From Candidatus Poribacteria bacterium (GTDB lineage: Bacteria; Poribacteria; WGA-4E; PCPOR2b), in the NCBI GenBank assembly GCA_965116925.1, contig OZ220744.1, forward strand, positions 5,888,001 to 5,952,000: a stretch of DNA of 64,000 nucleotides, in the 5' to 3' direction. Within the stretch, counting starts at the first letter, position 1. Each line of letters begins with the position of its first letter. The notes under the pieces were generated by a model. It was not told where the DNA came from. It saw nothing but the letters and a program-made list of their open reading frames with translations, and ran no database searches. The position numbers were made by a program, and so were the translations under genes. Below are positions 57,717-64,000 of the stretch, piece by piece.

Positions 57717-60113
57717 GTGAAAAACGCGGATCAGCCTATTTCAAGAGAACTGTTGGAGACGTTGGATACAATTCAGCAGCGTGTACTGTGGTTGGCAACG
57801 CTCATCATTCACTACGCGAATAACCTGCGTCCCAATCCAGATCAGACAAAGGTCGGCGGGCACCAAGCGTCGTCTGCCTCGATGGTTTCAATCATGACGG
57901 CACTTTACTTCCATTTTCTTCAAGCTGGAGATCGTGTCTCGGTCAAACCACACGCTTCGCCGGTTTTTCATGCAATCCACTACCTGCTGGGTCAACTGCC
58001 TCGAAAATACCTGACCATGTTTCGATCGTTTGGGGGGCTGCAGGCGTACCCGAGTCGAACGAAAGATCCGGATGCAGTCGACTTTTCGACCGGCTCTGTG
58101 GGTCTGGGAGCGGTCGCGCCGGCTTTTGGCGCGTTAGCGCATCGGTATGCGTTGTCCCACTTCGGTCATGTGAGCTCGCGTCGTTTCGTGGGGGTCATCG
58201 GTGACGCTGAGTTGGATGAGGGCAATGTGTGGGAGGCGATCCTAGATCAAGCGCTCACCGGTATAGATAACCTGTTGTGGATTGTTGACCTCAATCGCCA
58301 AAGCCTTGATCGAGTTGTGCCGGGCATTCGTGCGCGTCAACTTCAACGTCTATTTGAGGAGAGCGGTTGGCAGGTGCTTGAAGCGAAGTACGGTCGACAG
58401 CTTGAGGAACTCTTTGAACGACCGGGTGGACCCGCCTTGCGTCAGCGAATCGACGAAATGAGCAATGAGGAGTATCAGGCACTGATTCGTCTCCCCGGTG
58501 AAGAACTTCGCTCTCGGATTGTTGATTGTGGGGGAGTTGATAACGCTGAAATCACATCAGTGATCCAGGACATCCCAGATGAGACGCTGCCATCGGTGTT
58601 AAGTAACTTAGGTGGACACGATTTAGAGGAATTGCTCGCTGTACTGTCGCAGGCTGAAGCGGAACCTGAACGACCTACGATTATCTTTGCCTACACGATT
58701 AAAGGCTGGGGCACACCTATCGCTGGGCACCCGCTGAACCATTCGATGCTCCTGAATGAGGAGCAGATAGCCGATTTGCGGGAACGTTTGGGTGTACCCC
58801 CTAGTGACGATTGGGAGCGATTTGATCCGGGATCGCCCCCCGGTCAACTATGTCTTGAAGTTGCCGATCGACTTTTTCCACCCAATCCTGAGCCACCGGT
58901 AACCCTGTCCGCCGATGATGTACCGATAGCGCTCTCTCTGCCAACTCAAGGGTTCTTGAGTACGCAACAGTCTCTGGGGCGGCTGCTGATGCGTCTGACC
59001 CGCGTGCCGAAGTTGGCGGATCGGATTGTCACGACGTCGCCGGATGTATCGGTGTCCACTAACCTGTCTGGGTGGATTATTAAGACGGGTGTGTTTACGC
59101 CGCAGGAATTGCCTGACTATGAGACCGAAGCGAACCAACTCCGAAGTTGGCGGCACGGACCGAGTGGGCAGCATATCGAGTTGGGGATTTCGGAGATGAA
59201 TCTCTTTACGTTGCTGGGGATGCTCGGCTTGTCTGCTGAATTGTGTGGACAACATGTCATTCCTATTGGCACAGTCTACGATCCGTTTGTGTGCCGCGGG
59301 CTTGAAGCACTCATTTATGCCCAATATTCAGGGGCGAAGTTTATTTTCGCCGGGACACCGTCGGGGATCACACTGTCGCCGGAGGGCGGGGCGCACCAAT
59401 CCACTGTTACGCCGTCACTCGGTGCGGAGATTCCTCGACTCAATGCCTACGAACCGTGTTTTGCACAGGAGTTAGAGTGGATATTGTTGGACGCGCTCCG
59501 CCAGTGCTGTGACCGGGAGGGGGGACGCTCGACCTATCTGCGACTGTCCACCAAGCTGATTGATCAGCGGCTGCTCACGCCGGCGTTGGAGCGTCTCGGA
59601 GAAGATGAATTGCAGCGTCAGGTGCTGGCTGGCGGATACCGGTTGGTGGATTGGCGCAATGCGGATCCGGTTGTGCCAAGAGAGCGGTTGGTTCATATTG
59701 CGACAACCGGGGTCATGGTTCCAGAAGCGGTTGAGGCTGCGGACATACTTCGCGAGCAGCGGATCGCTGCCAATGTGCTGAATATGACGAGTCCGCGGCG
59801 ACTATTTGAGGCGTGGCAGACGATGCAAAAGCACTCCGGACACTTGCAAAGCGGAGGAGAGGTCCCCACTCCATTTGACTGGCTGGTTCCAACCAACGAG
59901 AGACATGCACCGATTGTCACGGTTCACGATGGTGCCTCCCACGCATTATCTTGGTTGGGAAGTGTCTACGGGGAGTTGGTTATCCCGCTCGGTGTGGATG
60001 AATTTGGTCAATCGGGCGATCGCGCTGAACTTTACCGCCACTTCGGAATTGACGCCGAGGGTATCGCTGCGGCGGCGTTAGCGGCGTTAAGTCGCTGTGG
60101 CATATCTGTCTGA
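57717..60113 (+). CDS. Pyruvate dehydrogenase E1 (AceE)/transketolase-like ThDP enzyme
   Basis: KVGGHQASSAS, STGSVGLG, GDAELDEG...NRQSLD, EGGAHQS and FGQSG motifs. Confidence 0.9.
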   Translation: MKNADQPISRELLETLDTIQQRVLWLATLIIHYANNLRPNPDQTKVGGHQASSASMVSIMTALYFHFLQAGDRVSVKPHASPVFHAIHYLLGQLPRKYLTMFRSFGGLQAYPSRTKDPDAVDFSTGSVGLGAVAPAFGALAHRYALSHFGHVSSRRFVGVIGDAELDEGNVWEAILDQALTGIDNLLWIVDLNRQSLDRVVPGIRARQLQRLFEESGWQVLEAKYGRQLEELFERPGGPALRQRIDEMSNEEYQALIRLPGEELRSRIVDCGGVDNAEITSVIQDIPDETLPSVLSNLGGHDLEELLAVLSQAEAEPERPTIIFAYTIKGWGTPIAGHPLNHSMLLNEEQIADLRERLGVPPSDDWERFDPGSPPGQLCLEVADRLFPPNPEPPVTLSADDVPIALSLPTQGFLSTQQSLGRLLMRLTRVPKLADRIVTTSPDVSVSTNLSGWIIKTGVFTPQELPDYETEANQLRSWRHGPSGQHIELGISEMNLFTLLGMLGLSAELCGQHVIPIGTVYDPFVCRGLEALIYAQYSGAKFIFAGTPSGITLSPEGGAHQSTVTPSLGAEIPRLNAYEPCFAQELEWILLDALRQCCDREGGRSTYLRLSTKLIDQRLLTPALERLGEDELQRQVLAGGYRLVDWRNADPVVPRERLVHIATTGVMVPEAVEAADILREQRIAANVLNMTSPRRLFEAWQTMQKHSGHLQSGGEVPTPFDWLVPTNERHAPIVTVHDGASHALSWLGSVYGELVIPLGVDEFGQSGDRAELYRHFGIDAEGIAAAALAALSRCGISV

Positions 60114-60115
60114 TG

Positions 60116-60850
60116 CTACTGTATCGTTAGTGAAACGGTGTTGGATTCAAGTGTTGCCAAGCCCCGGAACGAATCCAAGAGGAGATAGGTCCCATCTAGT
60201 TGGGCTGCCTCCTCGCTCCGCAAACCTTCAATCTCTCGCTCTAAATTGCGGATCATCCGTTCCTTCATGTCGTCTGGCATGACAGTGTCTGCTTGTACTA
60301 TCCGAATTTCGTTCTTTATCTCAAGAACCTCTGGCGGTTCAGGAGAAAAGATCTCCCGATAGACTTTCAACTCCATAAGCACCTGCAATGTATAATCGCC
60401 GGGTCCTAGTTTGTAGTGGGACTTCAGGTCTTTCAAACTTGCCTTTCGTGTCTCTCCCGCCTTGAGTTCGGTCCCTTGGATGCAACTCACCACCCTGTCC
60501 TCCCACATCACGGTTTTGGTTTTCGCCGGGAATGTGATCGGCGGTTTCGGGGGGATAACTTGCCCCAAACTGTTTTTGACCACCAATTTGGTGAACGCTC
60601 CCCTGCTTGCAACGGAGGCATACGGCACGAGTAGATTGAATTTTCCCATCTGAATCGTCATGTCAAGGGGGATCGGTTCGTTGAGACCGTAGCTCGATTT
60701 TGCTGATGATAGATGCAGATCCCCAAGGGATGCTGGGGCCGCTGGTTCTACGGGTGTGGGTGTCGGTTCGGTTTTTCCGGTCGTTCCGCTCAGGCAACCT
60801 GTGGCGTAAAGACTCCATAGGGTTAGGCATATTAGAAGTTGGGTTTTCAT
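60116..60850 (-). CDS. Hypothetical lipoprotein
   Basis: RBS AGGAGG, lipobox ATGC. Confidence 0.75.
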   Translation of the reverse strand: MKTQLLICLTLWSLYATGCLSGTTGKTEPTPTPVEPAAPASLGDLHLSSAKSSYGLNEPIPLDMTIQMGKFNLLVPYASVASRGAFTKLVVKNSLGQVIPPKPPITFPAKTKTVMWEDRVVSCIQGTELKAGETRKASLKDLKSHYKLGPGDYTLQVLMELKVYREIFSPEPPEVLEIKNEIRIVQADTVMPDDMKERMIRNLEREIEGLRSEEAAQLDGTYLLLDSFRGLATLESNTVSLTIQ

Positions 60851-60926
60851 GGTATCCTCCTGTTAGCTGGGGTTAGCAGAAAAACATCCACGAATCCACG
60901 CGAATCTTCGCGAATGATATTTTTCT

Positions 60927-61017
60927 AGTTCATATCAAAAGAAAGTGCAAAATGCGAAGAGAAACCGAGTTTTTTCTTCAAAACTCGGTTTCTTTGCACT
61001 ATTCCTTAACATGAGCC
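60927..61017. repeat. MITE family A copy
   Basis: AGTTCATAT...ACATGAGCC with TTTTTCT on both flanks and the GAAACCGAG palindrome. Confidence 0.8.
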
Positions 61018-61040
61018 TTTTTCTTTTAGGCTCCCTTTCA

Positions 61041-61235
61041 TCAAAGTAATGGCTCCGACAAATCGGGTTGCTCTACAGAGGTTGATGGTGAAATGTCCGC
61101 GCTTTCTAAATCTGCGAGCAGGCACTTAAGGATTTCTTCCATCGACTGCACAGATTTCAACATTGCTTTAAGCGTGTCAAGGATCTCGCGCTTTTCCCTA
61201 CCTATGTAATTATAGATGCCTTTTACTGCGGACAT
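61041..61235 (-). CDS. Small hypothetical protein at the CRISPR trailer
   Basis: 64 aa with RBS GGGAGG; no recognisable family. Confidence 0.45.
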   Translation of the reverse strand: MSAVKGIYNYIGREKREILDTLKAMLKSVQSMEEILKCLLADLESADISPSTSVEQPDLSEPLL

Positions 61236-61265
61236 TTTGCCTCCCTAAATTCCTTCAATTCCCTT

Positions 61266-64000
61266 CTTGCAGTCTCCTTTTCATCTGGTCAAGGATTGTA
61301 ACTCTGGTGCTGATAATGATGCTCCTGTTGATGCTTACTTTCAGTCCCCTTTTCATCGGGGCAAGGATTGTAACGATTGTGCACCGACTGCGGGAAACAC
61401 GCCCCAACGCACTTTCAGTCCCCTTTTCATCGGGGCAAGGGTTGTAACCTATCCCCCTCAATTCTTCGGGAGGCACGGCTGGGCTTTCAGTCCCCTTTTC
61501 ATCGGGGCAAGGGTTGTAACATTGAAAGGTTACGTGGGACACTGGCACGTGATGAACTTTCAGTCCCCTTTTCATCGGGGCAAGGGTTGTAACATATACA
61601 TCTTCTAATCGTAAGAATTTCGAGTTTACCTTTCAGTCCCCTTTTCATCGGGGCAAGGGTTGTAACATTGAAAGGTTACGTGGGACACTGGCACGTGATG
61701 AACTTTCAGTCCCCTTTTCATCGGGGCAAGGATTGTAACCAAGTCCTCAATCTTCTTCAGGTGGATTATTGCGTTTGCTTTCAGTCCCCTTTTCATCGGG
61801 GCAAGGATTGTAACTAGGTTCTATATTCCCCACAGGTGAGACGATTCAACCCTTTCAGTCCCCTTTTCATCGGGGCAAGGATTGTAACACGCACGCTGCC
61901 ACTCATCAGCTCATGGTGCATCCCCTTTCAGTCCCCTTTTCATCAGGGCAAGGATTGTAACGCCGATTTTGGCACGGATCAACGCAAAATCGCCTCCTTT
62001 CAGTCCCCTTTTCATCGGGGCAAGGATTGTAACCATCGTTGGGCGTGGTATAATCGACTACAGTTTGCATCTTTCAGTCCCCTTTTCATCGGGGCAAGGA
62101 TTGTAACGCCGATTTTGGCACGGATCAACGCAAAATCGCCTCCTTTCAGTCCCCTTTTCATCGGGGCAAGGATTGTAACGCCTCACGAATAAAGAAACCT
62201 GTCTTTGCTGTGTTCTTTCAGTCCCCTTTTCATCGGGGCAAGGATTGTAACACGCGCAGACGGGACACCGCGCCGGGTACTGTTGACTGCTTTCAGTCCC
62301 CTTTTCATCGGGGCAAGGATTGTAACCTTCACAAGAGACCTTGTGATAGCCGATGAAGACCTTTCAGTCCCCTTTTCATCGGGGCAAGGATTGTAACCGG
62401 AGTCCCCCATCGTCTATCCCCCAACGGCTTCGCTTTCAGTCCCCTTTTCATCGGGGCAAGGATTGTAACCATGATGATGGCGATTGCATTTCTCACGCAA
62501 TGCCTGACTTTCAGTCCCCTTTTCATCGGGGCAAGGATTGTAACCATTTAAGCGGAAATGTCACTACACGCCCTTTTCACCTTTCAGTCCCCTTTTCATC
62601 GGGGCAAGGATTGTAACCCTTGACATCGTTTTCCGTAGGCTGCATCAGGATTCTTTCAGTCCCCTTTTCATCGGGGCAAGGATTGTAACAAGAAGTCTCT
62701 ATCCTTGACCGTCCCCGTATCGTTGCTTTCAGTCCCCTTTTCATCGGGGCAAGGATTGTAACATCATACAGATACATATCTCCCCCAGCCCGTTTACTTT
62801 CAGTCCCCTTTTCATCGGGGCAAGGATTGTAACCTCACTCAATGCCGGACGGGTGGCCGTCTCAAGAGCATTCTTTCAGTCCCCTTTTCATCGGGGCAAG
62901 GATTGTAACAAGGCTACCGAGAATCCGACCCGACGATGAGGTGATGCTTTCAGTCCCCTTTTCATCGGGGCAAGGATTGTAACCTGCAACGCTGCAACGT
63001 AAAGTTGACAGTTTGGAACTTTCAGTCCCCTTTTCATCGGGGCAAGGATTGTAACCATGCGATGGGCAGGGCTGATACCCCTGTTGCGTGGTCTTTCAGT
63101 CCCCTTTTCATCGGGGCAAGGATTGTAACACCAACGATTCAGTGGAACGCCACTGGATAGCGTTCTTTCAGTCCCCTTTTCATCGGGGCAAGGATTGTAA
63201 CACAGCTACATCACCAGCAGCAGTATTATTACAGATGCCTTTCAGTCCCCTTTTCATCGGGGCAAGGATTGTAACGACAAATATAAAACCCAAAGGGTAA
63301 AGGGCCGTTAGTCTTTCAGTCCCCTTTTCATCGGGGCAAGGATTGTAACGACACCAGTAAACAAGCGGAGGCATTCCCGGACTATTCTTTCAGTCCCCTT
63401 TTCATCGGGGCAAGGATTGTAACGACAACATCGCAGCAGGCAAAAAGTTTGTGCTGGACTTTCAGTCCCCTTTTCATCGGGGCAAGGATTGTAACTACAC
63501 CAGTCTATCGGCAGTACAACTTCAAAGGGACTTTCAGTCCCCTTTTCATCGGGGCAAGGATTGTAACTGATAGATTTTGAAATAGGTAGGCGCGACTGCA
63601 CGGTCTTTCAGTCCCCTTTTCATCGGGGCAAGGATTGTAACCAAGCCAATCTACAAGCACATTGACCATTTACAAGCTTTCAGTCCCCTTTTCATCGGGG
63701 CAAGGATTGTAACGCAGCTAGGGAAAACTATGACGGCTTTGTGTTTGCTCTTTCAGTCCCCTTTTCATCGGGGCAAGGATTGTAACGTCATTTGCGGAGA
63801 TTGTGAATTTGACCGGGAACCAGCTTTCAGTCCCCTTTTCATCGGGGCAAGGATTGTAACGACCATTAGGGGTGTCCTTCTCTTTCATGATGTATGCTTT
63901 CAGTCCCCTTTTCATCGGGGCAAGGATTGTAACCTTGAAACTACAGTTGAGATGGTTTCTCCTTGCCTGCCTTTCAGTCCCCTTTTCATCGGGGCAAGGA
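61266..64000 (-). CRISPR. CRISPR array, at least 38 repeats and 37 spacers, continuing beyond the window
   Basis: 37-nt repeat GTTACAATCCTTGCCCCGATGAAAAGGGGACTGAAAG (minus strand) with 34-39-nt spacers. The degenerate repeat at 61266-61302 marks the trailer, and the GAAAG 3' handle supports minus orientation. Confidence 0.98.

Noticed and set aside
61521..61533. Spacer beginning ATTGAAAGGTTAC, resembling a repeat handle joined to a repeat start
   Set aside because: The match is short and compatible with chance; nothing else supports it.
61255..63915. ORFs with repeated FQSPFHRGKDCN or VTILAPMKRGLK peptides
   Set aside because: They are translations of CRISPR repeats, not proteins.

Overview
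Bacterial chromosomal window with roughly 55 CDSs. It resembles Candidatus Poribacteria (inference from the sulfatase, Gfo/Idh/MocA, aldo-keto reductase and enolase-superfamily genes and a secreted protein ending in an NYPNPFNPETWIP domain). Ordinary content: catabolic enzymes, tRNA-Ala(GGC), an ABC-2 exporter, two runs of small-molecule-modifying enzymes, cydAB, a Zur-boxed zinc-starvation operon, a TetR module, an AceE-like ThDP enzyme, and the trailer half of a CRISPR array (37-nt repeat, 37 spacers visible, no cas genes in the window). Most interesting: (1) a group II intron at ~17535-19536 whose six RNA domains can be traced by eye, but whose RT is reduced to a remnant while two antisense passenger genes sit in the domain II and IV loops; (2) a duplicated promoter + ~100-nt covarying hairpin RNA + U-tract module upstream of two HEXXH proteins with a near-identical N-terminal leader, interleaved with paralogous lipoproteins; (3) an internally deleted IsrB/omegaRNA element in the 3' end of zur; (4) several MITE families, one with 8-bp target duplications, interchangeable internal palindromes and nested insertions. 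All alignments and folds were done by eye; no database searches were run.
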